Shown here piece after piece: positions 1 through 13,212 of a stretch of 64,000 nucleotides of DNA. The stretch comes from Lama guanicoe (taxonomy: Eukaryota), in assembly GCA_013239625.1 (NCBI GenBank), contig MU054117.1, forward strand, positions 5,111,514 to 5,175,513, given 5' to 3'. The notes below the pieces were generated by a model, which worked only from the letters and a program-made list of their open reading frames with translations, was not told the origin of the DNA and searched no databases. Within the stretch, counting starts at the first letter, position 1, and each line of letters opens with the position of its first letter. The translations under genes were made by a program, and so were the position numbers.

Positions 1-540
1 CCGGAGCCCGCCCACGGCGTGCGCATTGGCTGCGGGCCCGCCCAGCGGCTCCAGGCCCAGCCGATCATTGGTCGGCTGGGTCAGGGGGCGGGGCCTCAAG
101 CAGCAAGGTAGGCAGGGGGCGGGGCTGAACGTTTGTAAAGCAAAGGTGACTGGGGCCGAGAGTGAGTGCGGGGCAGGCCGGGGGCGGGGCCTGGAGTCGG
201 GAACTAGACCTGCGATTGGAAAAGTCCGCAGCCGGCGGCGAGGTGACTGTACAACTCAGTTCTAACAGCTCAGGGGAGGAGTGTCCGGCCGGCTGGTGCG
301 CTGCCTCCCCATTGGCTGAGACGGAGCAGGCGAGAGTCGGGGCGGGGGGGCGGCCGCCCGACCCGAGGTTACTCTCGGTCGCCGGCGGGCCGGGGTTACT
401 GGGGCATGTAACCGGAGGGCGGGAATTCCAGTGCGGCCTCGCGGGCGCTCCCCAACGGCGCCTCTGGCAGTTCTTAAACCGTTAGACACGCCGCCTTCCT
501 CCCAAAGGGTGGGGAGAGTCCAGCGCCCAGCGCCTCCAGC
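1..540 (-). promoter_or_regulatory. LPCAT3: CpG-island promoter of a gene transcribed leftwards out of the window (probably LPCAT3 by synteny)
   Basis: Very GC- and CpG-rich. Four CCAAT boxes on the - strand (ATTGG at 25, 67, 215, 311) and several GGGGCGGGG GC boxes. The gene order LPCAT3(-), C1S(+), C1R(-), C1RL(-) is known in mammals. No LPCAT3 coding sequence is visible. Confidence 0.7.
366..381 (+). promoter_or_regulatory. DR4 nuclear-receptor element (LXRE-like) AGGTTA-ctct-CGGTCG
   Basis: Two AGGTCA-like half sites spaced by 4 nt inside the CpG island; LPCAT3 is a known LXR target. Confidence 0.65.
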
Positions 541-1204
541 CCTTTTTGCCTGCCCCTTTTATTTCATGCATCGTCCTACATGAAAACGTTACCTTCCCCT
601 GAGAGGCAATGAAGTGAAGATACGCCGCTTTAATTCTTACTGTTTTCATAAAAAATTAAACTAGTTTGTCACTAAGTAATACAGGTTCAAGGTGAAAGTA
701 CAAAGAGGATTAGAAATTGAAGACAAAATAAAAGTCCTTTCTTCCCACCTTGCTTTCCATTCTTACTTCCTACAGGTAACCGTTCTGGTTACACTAACAA
801 AGATGTGTTGAGCACGTAGCACTTGCCAGGGCCTGTGCTGGACTCGGAGCCCATAGCAATGGAGTGGGGTGATGCATAGTCATATAAAGCGTTAATGAAG
901 GTGTAATTGCAAGCGAAGGGAAGTGCTCTGAAAGAAAGGAACAAGGTTCCATGAGAGTATGTAAATAAAGGACCACTAAGTTTCCAGTAATAACTGCAAT
1001 TTATGGAGCATTTTTGTACAATTATAATTTATACTTGTATAGCACTTCGCACTTTATACAGCACTTATATCCATATTATTTCAGTTAATTGATTATAAAA
1101 ACAATACTATTATTTTCTCTTACTGACACAGAGGCTTTGAGAAATTAAGGAATTCACTAAGTTCCTTTCCCAGTAAGTGGCAGAGACAATTAAAACCTAA
1201 GTCT

Positions 1205-1333
1205 GGGTGGGAGAGTAAGTTCAGTGGTAGTGCCTGCTTAGCATCCATGAGGTCCTGAGTTCAATCCCCAATACCTGCGTTAAAAATAGATAAATAAACC
1301 TAATTACCTCCCCCCACCAAAACAAAACGAAAA
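1205..1333 (+). mobile_element. tRNA-derived SINE (camelid Vic-1-like)
   Basis: A/B-box-like head, GGTCCTGAGTTCAATCCCCA, tail AAATAAACCTAATTACCTCCCC, A-rich end. Confidence 0.8.
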
Positions 1334-4300
1334 ACTCCGAGTCTGTTAAACTTCACTTTTGTACCCCTTTTGGGGAAGCAAAATTTAAGAAAAATTCAGA
1401 AAAGTCAAGAATAATAATATAACTTACCCCAGATTGAGGAACATCACATGTACAGCTGAGGAGCCTGGTATATCCCTTCCTCCTGGCATTTCCCTCCTTC
1501 CCAAAGTCGCCACCTTGCTGACTGTGGTACTTAGCAACCCCATGGCTATTTTTATACTTTACACACTGTATATATCCAGAAACAATTAAAACATAGTTTT
1601 GCATGCTTTTAAACTTTCTATTTATGGTATTACAGTGAAAGTTTCATTTTGCAGCTTGTTTGCTCAATATCTTTACTGAGATGTATTCATGTTTTTACAG
1701 GTAGCTCTAATGTAGTTGTTTTAACTGTGATGTAACATTGTACTGTATGATTATACCACAATTTTCCATGGTCATGTTGAGGAATACTTGGATCTTTTCC
1801 TATTTATGTATTTTTTTCTATTACAAACATTGCTGCTGTGGGCATTCTCCTGTAAGCAACAGTGAAAGTTTCTCTAGGGCTGTGACTCCAAACTGTTTTC
1901 CTTTTCTTTCTTTCTTTTTTTTTTTAACTAACTGGGATCTACTGTAGGAAACACATTGCTATCCTGAATACACACATGTTCATACACTACGCAACAAATA
2001 CGTATACCACTCACACCAAATACACACACTCCACACTACTGAACTATGTGTGTTTTCTGATCATTTCTATTCTAATTCATTTAAGAAATTGCTGATCCAG
2101 ATCCACTAACTTGCTATCACTGCTTACTAGTTCATGATTCTCAGTGTAGAAAACGCCCTTCTAGGGCTGTGACCAGGAAGGGAGTTACGAGTTGTAAGGT
2201 GGGCACACCTTCAATTTTACTAGGTTTTGTCTAGTTGAAGTGTTTGGCTAGATGTTATTTAAGACCCTTAAATTCTCTGATTGGCTGAATAAGTAAAATA
2301 TATCTGTAAAAGCATCCAGTCACCTGGACTCTGTTTAAAAATAGAGAAAGTCAGTTTCCTTTTGTTTTATACAATTAGGTAACACATTTGCCCCTTCTGG
2401 CACCTCTGATATCCAAGAGCAGGGTGGCCATGGCAAGAGGCTGTGTCTCTGTTGACCTAACAGGTGCCTGTTTGCCTTCCCCCGCAGGAGTGTGACCAGG
2501 TACATTCCCTGCATTCTTCCTACTGCTCTAGCCCAGCATGTTTTCCCACTTGTGAACTGGTGAGTGGGAGGAAATTAAGATTTATGGCCTCATACTTTAT
2601 AATTAAGGGCATTCCAGGAGGGCTTACTAAGTCAGCTTCTGTGCTGATCCCTTGAGGCAAAGATGGGTAACAGACAGGACCTGCCCACAGGGAGCTGTGC
2701 ATCTGGGGGAAGAGAGACATGGAAAGATAATCATAAAACAGAATGGAAGCGTCTGTATAGAAATAACACATTAGTGAACCTCTCCTCTCAGTACCGCTTT
2801 CCCTGGCCCTTTCTTTCCTTCTGTAGCGATGTCAGTATCTCTGTCTCCTTCTCCCTTTCCTCTGCCTCCTTGACCTCTGTTATCTGCAGGGCTTCCCACC
2901 TGAAGACTCCGTCCCTTTCTCTGAAGTCTCCTGCCCTCTTTTTCCTTTCCCTCCCTTCCATTCTGGTGGAGAAAGGATCTGGTCAGAGTTCACGCAGTAT
3001 CCTTGTGTGGGTTTACAGCGTCTCAACTCCCTTGCAGTAAGGTTGGGACCACGTGGCTAGTTACCGCCGATGGACTCCAAGCAGAAATGAAGTGGCATTT
3101 CCTGGCCAAGGAGGTGTAGTGTAGAGCCAGTGTGACTCCCTCCCCAGTTTTTCTCTTCCCTGGACATAGTAATCTGACAGAGGCCATGCCATCTGTGTGG
3201 CTTGGTATGAGGTGGAGGAAGCCCCCCAACCTGCATCTTGCTCAACACTTAGCTTGAGTGAAAAATAAGGCTTTGTAGTATTAAACCTCAAGATTTAAGT
3301 TTACCGCTTTAACTTTTCCTGACTGATACACACCCACCAGTCTTCAACCTCATTAGAACCCGGTGTTCATTTTCACCATTTATGAAACTTCACACAAAGG
3401 CCACCAACTATTCCTTAACAGTTACAGGTACTGACTCATAGTTTAAATTTCCAAAAACTCTTTCTTTAGGTTGAGGTAGCACCCCCCAAACCCCTTACCC
3501 TGCCAGCATTCTTGTTTTATGGATGCAGTCTGCTCTACCAGCCTTCTGAGAACATTAATTGAGGATTTGGGGGGTTTTTTTTTGTTTATTTCTATCTCTT
3601 CTTCTTATTTTATTCCCTGCAGTTTCCCCTTTCCCTCTGTATTTCTGCTTTCTTTTGTCTCTTTTAAGATGCTGACTGTCCTTTCATATACAAACAAAGC
3701 ATTACAGAGCTGACTGTCTGTATGGGTTGTGGATAGGGCTCGTTGACTGGTGCATTTCCCTGAAAGGGACTGAGCTGGGGGCTCCCGTCTGGGTTGACAA
3801 ACTTCTAAATGTCAGTATGTGAGGGTTTACTCCTTAGGTTGATTCCATCTCTCCAAGAGAGGAGTCTGCCAGTCTCCTGCTGGCAAGGTATGTGCCTGTT
3901 TCTTAGCTCCGTCTCTCCTCTGTTTCTTGCAATGCCTGATGCCTTTGGGCCCCAAGTTTCTCTATCCACTTTCTCAGAGAATGGAGCATCAGATTCTCGG
4001 CTTGCTGCTGGTGGTGGGGGTGGGCACTCACCTGGCTGTGCTGGGGGGGAGGGGGCTTGCGGTCCAACTTTTGCAGTCCAGGCTTTCAGGCTAGTCCTCC
4101 CATTTTGGCTCCTTGTCAGCCCCTTCCTCTCTGCTGTATCACCGCTGCTCCCCCATCTCCTTCCCATTTGCCAAAACTGTGCTTCATCTGCTGGCATCTC
4201 TTCTTCCACTCATTTTGTTCCTATAGACTTTTACCTCCCCCACCCCCCACTCCCCCTTTACTATATTTTAGCAGGATTTTAGGCACAAGAGGCAAGCTAA

Positions 4301-4430
4301 TTGGCCATTTATGAGACGTCGCCTTCTCAATTTTAAAAGTATTTTTCTAATGGTCTGCTTTAAAAAATACTTTCAGATAATCAATTTTTAAAAAACAGTT
4401 TTATGTCTTTAAAGAATGTAAGTAAGCTTC

Positions 4431-4451
4431 TGTATTACTCTGGATTCTGTA

Positions 4452-4493
<42 letters not shown>

Positions 4494-4691
4494 GTTGACT
4501 CTGAACAACAGAAGTTTGAACTGTGTGGGTCCACTTATATGCAGATTTTTTTTTTTTTTTACTAAATACATACTGTAGTATGACACAGTCCACGCAGCTG
4601 GTTGAATCAGCAGATGCAGAATCACTGATATTTCAACTGCACAAAGGGTTGGTGCCCCTAACCCCTCACGTTGTTCAAGGGTCAACTAGTG

Positions 4692-4740
<49 letters not shown>

Positions 4741-5143
4741 GCTTATGTGAATATAGGGGCTGAGACTCACGGTCGGTAAACTGGAGACCCAGGAGAGCCA
4801 GCCGTCTAGTTCCAGTCCAATTCTGAAGGCCTGAGAACCAGCAGAGCTGGTGGTGTTATTTTCAGTCCAAGTTTGAGTCTGCAAGCAGGAGGAGACCAGT
4901 GTTCTAGCTCAAAGACGGGCAGAGAGCAAATTCTCCCTTCCTTAGTCTTCTGTTGTATTCAAGCCTTCCGAGGACTGGGTGAGGCCCACTCACATTGGGG
5001 AGGGTAATTTACTTTACCCAGTCTATATATTCAAATGCTTATCTCATCCAGAGACACTCTTACAGATACACCCAGAAGAATGTTTAACCAAATATCTGGG
5101 CACCCCATGGCTCAGTCAATTGACATGTAAAATTAACCATCAC
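4431..5143 (-). mobile_element. MLT2-type ERVL LTR (with nested MER8-like element and TA microsatellites)
   Basis: Ends in AAAATTAACCATCACA (reverse of the TGTGATGGTTAATTTT MLT2 start, also seen at 63754); abuts ERVL internal sequence. Confidence 0.7.
4492..4688. mobile_element. Tigger-family non-autonomous DNA transposon (MER8-like)
   Basis: Terminal inverted repeats CAGTTGACTCTGAACAAC / GTTGTTCAAGGGTCAACTA, flanked by (TA)n. Confidence 0.7.
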
Positions 5144-8100
5144 AAGTCTACCCCATGTCAACTTGGCACCCATACTCATCTCCTTAAACCAGACGTATTC
5201 TCCAAATAAAGACAACCACATGGTCAAAATTCTGGCTATTGTGATACAACCATCTTGTGTACAACTGAAAATGCACTAACCCCTTCCCCAGAAGAGGCAG
5301 GAAAGTCCTGGAGTGACTTTTACTCTTCTCCTGGATATCTCATGACTTAAATACTATGATGTAAAATTAAAAACACTTAAGTACTGTGATAGAAAGTCAA
5401 TATATATTATGTTACATGGTAAGGGAATAAGAGAGACAACAAAGATATTATAAATATATTCATAAAAATAAGGAGGAGTACTGTTGATAGTCATAGTCCT
5501 TATGTAACTGGTCATGTGGTCAGAGCTGGTACTTATCGCTACCGTCCTCTTTTGCACATTCTATATTTTCTTTGCCTTCAGCAAGCACCTTACTTGGCTG
5601 TGGTTCTTTACTTGGTGGAATGACTCAAACCTTTATTTCTGAAGGGTCTGGACTTTAGTAGTCCTGCCCATGGCGGAGAAGAAGTCCAATTTCCCCCTGG
5701 TAGCCAGGGTCAGTCAGCCCAGCCAGCACAATAACTCCCCTCTTTGAATTCCTCATGCCTCTAAATCAACAGGCAAAGTGGCCAGGCAGCAGTCTTAACT
5801 TTGAATTTAAAGAAATCATTGCTGGTCTCCTGGTGGAAGCCTTCCTTCCTCTGAACCAAGACCTCCAGGCCAGCAGAGCATAAGGACACAGGCAGAAATG
5901 TTGCTAATGAGTTAGGGTTAGTAGTGAGTGCTGCCACTCCCATTCCCACCCTTTGATTCCTGGACCCATTAATCTTGGCTGTGAGAGAAATATCACTATG
6001 CATTAGGTGCTGATTCAGAGCACACACAGCCTTCTGGAGATCCTTGCCCCAGCACTGCAAAGTATTGCTCCTATAGGAGAGCAAAATTTGAACCCAGAAT
6101 GTTGCTTTGGCTTGTGGATTATTTACAGCTGAAAATAATCAAGACCTACAGGACTCAGGAAGAATCTTTGACCTTCCTCTAAACTGCCTAAAAGAATTTA
6201 GATAGAGGGCCTGTTCCTGGAATAGAATTATCACCAGAGATGTCTGCAAAGAAAACAGGCTGAGTGTGGTGGGGGAAACACCAGACAGGGCCTAGAGACC
6301 AGAATCTGCTCTGTGTCCAGTGTCTCTGCACAGCCCAGGAAACATTTGTTTACCAAAGATTTGCTTTCCATTTCTACATGAATTTCCTTTCTCCCCTTTG
6401 AGGTCCCAACCACCACCTCCACCATCTTCTTTTGTCTTTAGCTGCAGATGGTATTTAAAGTGAGGATTTCAGATCATTTCAGTGAGTCACTCAGTTTTCC
6501 TGGGTCAGTTCCATGTATACTTGTTGTTAAACTTTTGTTTGATTTTCTCCTGTTGTTTGTCTTATGTTAACTTAATTCTTAGAATAGCCAGGAGAACCTA
6601 GAAGGATAGAGGAAAATTTCTTCCTCCTCGAAACCCCCTCCCACATGAAACCACCTGGGTAAAGGGGAATTTCCTCCTCTTTCCCCTCTTAGTTCTTTCA
6701 GTTGGCAATTAAAGTGACAGAAGGCAGATTAACAGGAGAAAATCAAATTTATTACATGTGCATAAGGATTCCACATAAGCATTTCCAAAGCATTCCTCCC
6801 ACCCCCCCAAAAAAATCCATGTAAGCAAATTCCAAAGACAGCAAGGCAAGATGAGGTATATATACAATTCTGGGCTAAGGAGAAGGACGCTGGAGTCTGT
6901 CACTTCAAAGGAAAGTAAGATAATTCACAGGAAGATAAAAAGAGTTAATATTTGGTAAAAAAAATCCAAAGACAGTGGGACACAGAGAAGACTTTGATCA
7001 AATGAGCTTAGGTTCCTCCTTGTCTATCACACTTAATTCAAACTTTACTATCGTTATCTATGGTGATAGTGCCTTCTTGGGACAAGCCTCTTATCTTAAA
7101 TTCTTTGGGGCAATAAAGCGGGGAGGGTTGTTCAAAGATTCTTCCTGAGTCCTTTGGACCTTGCTTCTTTTCAGCTCCAAATAATCTATAGGCCAGAGTG
7201 TCACATCTTGAGGTGGCCTGTCCTAAACCCCATCACCACTTAGCTGACTCTGGAACTGTCTTCAAAGGTCTTCAAAAGCTATCAAGCCAGCTGCTTCAGG
7301 ATGGTGGGGAACATGATAAGACCAGTGAGTTCCATTGGAATGGGCCTACTGTTGCACTTCTTTTGCTGTGCAGTCGGTCCCTTGAAAAGAAGGATTGCTA
7401 TCCATCCATGATGATGGATAAGACATTCTTTAAATCCATGCATGATGGGTTTGGCAGAGCATTGCATGCAGGGAAGGCAAATTCATATCCAAAGTGTCTA
7501 ATTGGAGTAAGAACAAAATGCTGGCCTTCCATGGTAGAAGCAATTCAATGTAATCAACTTGCCACCATGTTGACCGCCCCTGGGAAATAGTGCCAAATTG
7601 GGGTCTTAGTGTTGATCTCTGCTGTTGGCAGGTTGGGCATTCACTGTAGCCAAGTTGGCCTTGGTGAATAGAAGTTCATGTTGCTGAGCCGATGAATAAT
7701 CTCCATTCTTACCACCATGACCACTTTGTTCATGAGCTCATTAAACAATGATGAGTGGTTGGGAAGGGGCTGATTGGTATCCACAGAATGAGTCATCCTT
7801 TCCACTTGATTCTTGAACTCCTGCTCTGCTGGGGTCATGCTCTGGTGAGTTTTCACATGGGACACGAATATCTTCACACTTTTTGCCAATTCAGAGAGGT
7901 GTACTACATACCTTCTCTCCAAATTTCCTCATTACCAGTTTTCCAATTGTGTTCCTCCCAAGTGTCCAACTATCCAACTAAACCATCGGCTACAGCCCAT
8001 GAATTGGTCTATAATTGCACATCTTGCCATTTCTCCTCCAAGCAGAGTAAACAGCCAGTTGCACTGATCTATGATTTGCCCCCTACGATTTCCCTTTCCC

Positions 8101-9375
8101 ACAGTTCTTCAGAGCTGTCCCAGAAAGCGGCTGTCCACAGTCCAGGGCTGCCTGCAAGGCGCCAAGCAAGTCTTAGATCCACTGTAACTTGTTCTCTGAA
8201 TCAGGGGTTTTTAAACGGGAAGAACAGAGGAGCTGGGGTCAATCATCTTAATCACCTGCAGTCTAAGTGTCTTTGTTCTGGTGATGTGCGTGGGGAGGGG
8301 TCCACTCGTGTCAACGTAATATATAAGGCCATCTGGCCCTGGGAAATAACCTAGAACAGCACCTAAACAGTGATGCTTGTCAGAAAGTGTGGCTCAAGGC
8401 ATCTGATCTTCATTACTCCTTATTGATTAGCAAACATGTGATCGAATAGGTCTGGGCTGGGACAAAAGGGAACAAAGGAGGAACGGGAAAGACGAGGACA
8501 GAAATCTGAGCATTGGTTTCCATTATAAATGAGTCATAGGACTCGGTTTTACAAATGGCATCCCTACCTGCCACTGCCACTTCAAACCGCCTGCTGACTC
8601 ACTTGCACCACGTGGCTGAGCAGCTTACAAAGCAGTCCTGGACCAGTTGCAGCGTCTTCCCTTGTTCTCATCGCCAATAAAAACCAGCAGCTTTACTGGA
8701 GGAACAAACCCAAAGGAGGACTATGTTTCCTCCCAAATCCAGAGCGGTCCACCAGGCATCGTGTCTCTTTTTTGTTGGTAGGAGAAGCCAGATGCAACAA
8801 CTTATCCTCTACCTTAGAAGGGATATCTCAAGATGCCCCATATCACTGACTCCTAGAAATTTCATGGAGGTAAAGGTTCCTGAGTTTTGTTGGCTTTATT
8901 TCTCATCCTCTGCTTACAAATATTTTACCAATGAGTCTTGAGTAGTTGCTATTTCTGGCTCACTAGGTCCCATCAGCACAAGGCCATTGATGTACCGGAT
9001 GAATGTGGGATCTTGTGGAAGGGAAAGTGATCAAGATTCCCAAGATTATAACATAGGCGGGGAGGTTAATATGCCCCTGAGGTAGGCAGTGAGTGAGGCA
9101 GGCAGCAAGGTCTACCGCTGGCCTTGCCAGCTGCAAGCAAACTGCTCTGGTGATCTTTACTAACAGGTACTGAGAAAAAGCATGTGCAGATGAAGAGCAG
9201 TGGAGCAGGTACCAGGGGATGTGTTCATTTGCTCAAGCTATGGAAGCACATCTGGTATAGCAGCGGCAGCTGGGGTCATCACCAGGCTGCACTGATGATA
9301 ATCCACTGTCATTCTCCAAGATCCATCTCTCTTCTGCACAGGTCCAGTAGGTGAGTTGAATGGGGAATGATGGAG
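5144..9375 (-). mobile_element. Degenerate ERVL internal region (pol: RT, RNase H, integrase remnants), interrupted by nested insertions
   Basis: Minus-strand peptide remnants PFNSPTGPVQKRDGSWRMTVDY (RT), VKIFVSHVKTHQ (RNase H), WGKDLQKAVCALNQ (integrase); many stops and frameshifts. Confidence 0.8.
6072..7235. mobile_element. Two adjacent solo LTRs (about 6072-6632 + and about 6640-7235 -) inserted in ERVL pol
   Basis: ERVL integrase-like sequence stops near 6070 and resumes near 7236; intervening sequence looks like ERV1/MER34-class LTRs; boundaries approximate. Confidence 0.5.
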
Positions 9376-9379
9376 ATGA

Positions 9380-9998
9380 TGCAGGAAGATGGATGTGGGG
9401 TGTGAGGAGGGTCGAGTCCCAGGTCTCAGCTGAGCCCCTGGGACTTGCCCTGCCAAGTGTGGGTTCTTGGCTTCGTGCAGAAAAGAATTCAAGTGTGAGC
9501 CACCGTTGAGTTTATTTAGAGAGACACATACTGCATAGAGTGTAAGGCAAGAAAAAGGCAAGGGAAGAGGTGTGGGAATTGGGTGCTCAGGTTAAAGTAA
9601 AAGTAGGTACACACTCCATAGACAGAGTGCGGGCTGTCTCCAAAGAGGGGAGAGAATGCAAAGGGCCACTAGGCGTGGTGTTGCCACTTTTTATGGGCTC
9701 AGTGTCTTCACACGCCTACAGGTGGGATCAATCCAACTGTCCTGGGGAAGGGACTGGGATTACCAGGAATCGGGCCACTGCCCATTCTTTGGCCTTTTGC
9801 GGTTAGCCATGGGCCTGTCATGGCGCCTGCGGGCATGTTATTTGATCGCGCCATTACAATGAGCATATAATGAAACTCAAAGTCTACTAGAAGTTAAACC
9901 TCTTAATCCTCAAGGCCAACCAGGAGGTGAATCTTCCACCATTTTGGTTGATGTCATTCCTTGAGTGGCTGTGTCCTGCCTCCTTCCCTCCTGTCTCA
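9380..9998 (-). mobile_element. ERV1-class solo LTR
   Basis: Reverse strand starts TGAGACAGGAGG; internal AATAAA on the - strand; GGTTCTTGGCTTCG motif typical of ERV1 LTRs; left boundary approximate. Confidence 0.5.
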
Positions 9999-10412
9999 GA
10001 CATCAACACCCCAGTTCCATGGGGAGAGAAGCTCCTGCACTCAGGACCCTTCCAGACCTTACTCTATGTACCGCTTAATCTGGCTGTTTATCTGTGTCCT
10101 TTATAACATCCTTTGTAATAAACTAGTAAATAGAAGTAAACGTTTCTCTGAGTTCCGTGAGCTGCTCTAGCAAATTAATTGAATCCAACATGGGGTTGTG
10201 GGAGCCTCTGATTTATAGTCAGTTGGTCAGAAGCAAAGGTAACAACCTGGACTTGTGATCAGCATCTGAAGCGGGGGACTGAGTCTTGTGGGACTGAGCC
10301 CTTAACCGGTGGGAGGTAGATAGTTTCAGAACTGAGTTAAATTTGTAGGACTCCTGGTGAGTGTTAGCTGAGAATTGGAGAATTGCTTGGTGGTGTTGGA
10401 AAAACATACACC
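9999..10412 (+). mobile_element. MER21-like LTR fragment
   Basis: GAAGCTCCTGCACTCAGGACCCTTCCAGACCTT ... TTTCTCTGAGTTCCGTGAGCTGCTCTAGCAAATT motifs. Confidence 0.55.
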
Positions 10413-10590
10413 AGAAGCAGGAAGAAGGACCAAGCAGAAAACCCAGGGGAATATTAGAATTTACAGGACAGGCAGAAGAGCTTGGAAATGAGCCTGAGAA
10501 AGCGCAAGGAGTAAGTAGAAAATCAAGCAAGTATAATAGAAAAACCAAGAGAAGACAGAGCTTGAGGACGGAGGAGTGCCAATAAAAGAT

Positions 10591-11150
10591 CAGGCCGAGG
10601 AAGCGGCTGCTGAGATCGCTAGGAAGCTGGAGAAACTGGAGAAAAAATGCTTGAAGGAGAAGAAATGGCTGGCTGCAGTCGCAAACAGCAGTAGTACTCC
10701 GGAGGAGCGTGAGGAGACAAAGAGAAGCAAAAGCAAAAGCCCCAGGAGGCTCCTTAGGAGAATGGAAGACACATCTGTCTCCTTCTCTAAACCCAAAAAG
10801 AGAAATCTTTTCCCAGGAGGAGCTGGTTAGTAGTGATCTTCAAGAGACGGCCGGCCAAGAGGAAGACATCTTTCCCCAAAGAGGAACCGCTTGGTGACCC
10901 TGAAGAGTCAGGAAATAAAGAGGGTCCCCAAGAAAAAAAGGAAATGCTCCAAGGAGGAACCACTCAGTAGTGGGCCTGAAGAGGGCGCTGCCAGCAAGAG
11001 CAGTGGCTCCGCGAAAAAGAAAAAGCTCCAAAAGCTATCCCGGGAAGAGCAGAGCGGCCAGCTCCCCGGTGGGGCGGGCGTAATGTGCACAGACACTTCC
11101 CAGCCCAGCCCCTGTATCCCAGTACAAACAGGAACAAATTAAAAAACATT
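10591..11150 (+). pseudogene. NOP56: 5'-truncated processed pseudogene of NOP56 (Lys-rich C-terminal tail plus 3' UTR)
   Basis: Frameshifted peptides QAEEAAAEIARKLEK...NSSSTPEE...MEDTSVSFSKPKK...EELVSSDLQETAG...KKKRKCSKEEPLSSGPEE match the NOP56 C-terminus as I recall it; no introns; several indels. Confidence 0.85.
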
Positions 11151-11545
11151 AGAGAAGAACACCAGCCCTGCAAACCAAACCCAAACCCCAAAGTCAGTAG
11201 AAGAAATCATAAAGATCAGAGCAGAAATACAGACAGAAAAAAAAAGATGAGAGAAAAGGTCAGTGAAACTAAGCTGAGAGCTGGTTCTTTGAAAATTGAA
11301 CAACACTGACAAACCTTTAGCCAGACTCATCAAGAGCAAAAGAGAGAGGGTCCAAATAAGTCAAGTCAGAAATGAAAAAGGAGAGGTTACAACTGACACC
11401 ACAGAAACACAAAGGATCATACCAGATGACTACGAACAGTTATACACCAGTAAAATGGAAAACCTGGAAGAAATGGATAAATTCCCAGAAGTGTACAATC
11501 TCCCAAGACTGAATCAGGAAGAAAGAGAAAGAAAATATAGACAAA
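11151..11545 (+). mobile_element. LINE-1 ORF2 internal fragment
   Basis: Peptide DKPLARLIKSKRERVQISQVRNEKGEVTTDTTETQRII...NLEEMDKF...LPRLNQEE is typical of L1 ORF2. Confidence 0.85.
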
Positions 11546-13212
11546 CTGACTCCCTAGCTGTTGATGAGGGCACAGCCCTCATGACCTAACCACCCCGCAG
11601 GCTCCAGCTTCCACCACCCGCCTCACGTTGCGCATTCGGATTCCAACAGGTGAACTTGCAGGGGAGGGGCGGGGAGGGGGGTGGACACAAACATTTAGAC
11701 CATATCAGTTACTGCTCCTTTTCTACACTTACTTTCTTTTATTTTTCCCCCTACATTCACTTTATTTCCTCTGATGTAGCTACACATTTTTCTTACGATT
11801 TTACTACATCAAAAAAGTATGTCAATAAACAATCACGTCTTAGTTATATTGGACAATACATGAATTGGTGTTTTGGCAAGCACTGCTTACACTTGGAATT
11901 TTTGCCAACAGTCCAGATCCTCTGTGTGCTGTAGGGATGGGACTCTCCCTCTTTATACCTGATGTTTCCTTCCAGGAATGTCTCCGGCAGGAAAACTGGG
12001 TTCTGCAAGTGCTACACGGCACTAGGGAGATTCTAGCTTTAATTCCTGAGCACCTGGCTAAGGTAGGGAGTGCTAAACTGGCAAATTCCATTCTTCATTC
12101 AGGGCCAAGGAGGAAGCTGGAAAGTCTGACCTTGAATTCAAGTGGCTTGTTCAAAAATTTAAGAGCGGAAAATTCTCAAAAAGTGACTGGGTGGGTTTCA
12201 AGGTGATAGACTTACTGTAGGTAAGCGTGCTGACATTGCCTGTGCCCTGAAGTCACCCTAATTTGTTACTGAAATTAAAAAGTGGAACAAAGACTAGTGT
12301 CAGGGCATCTGGCCGGGGTATTTGTCCTTAACCCCTGCTCACAGGCTTCAGTCACAACCTCCTTTCAAGGATGCACTGAGGGTATTTTTTTCCAGCTGAA
12401 GTTAGCATGGGGATGGAGGAAAAGCCTCATCCAGGAGGAAGGCTTTTTAGGTCTCAGTGACTCCATAAAAGAGGCAGAAGCCACAGAGACCCAGGCTTGA
12501 AAACGTCTACCCTCTTTGCACTGGAGAGGCTGGATTACTAGACAGACCTCACCCACCAAAGCAGCTCTGGGTGCCAGACCCTGGGGGCCCCAGAGGGGAA
12601 ATAGAAATGGAAACCTTCTACATAGGAGGCCCCCCATATGGTAAGAATGTCAAAGTTAACTTTTAAAAAGAGGTTTCTCCTATTGTGCTTAGGTTCACAT
12701 GATATGGGTTCTGAACAGTCATAAACTGACTGGCATCAACGTGAGGTCAGAAACTTAGATTTTTCTCCTTTCCTCAGGCACTATTAAATTTCTTCCTCAG
12801 TCTTTGGGCTTTAAAAAAACCCCACTATTTATTTATTTGTTTACCCATTAAAAAGAACTGAAGTACAGTTAGTTTGTAATGTTGTGTTAGTTTCACATGT
12901 ACAGCAAAGTGATTCAGTTATACATATGTATCTATTCTCTTTCAGATTCTTTTCCATTATGTTAATTATAAGATATTGAATATAGTTCCCTGCACTATAC
13001 ATTTATCTATTTTATATATAGTAGTATATATCTGTTAATTCCAAACTCCTAATTGATCCCTCCCCACTAAGTGTCGGGTTTTGGAAATACAATTTAAATT
13101 TTGCCTGGGACGCCTACTTTGGGGTCTGGGGATGGCCTGTTTTCTAAATTTTGTGGTGGTGGGGCTCTGATGTTGCAATATTCTTGTGTCTCTTGAACTC
13201 TTTGGAATTTTC

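Noticed and set aside
3805..4314. Overlapping 134-157 aa ORFs
   Set aside because: No recognisable domain or supported exon structure
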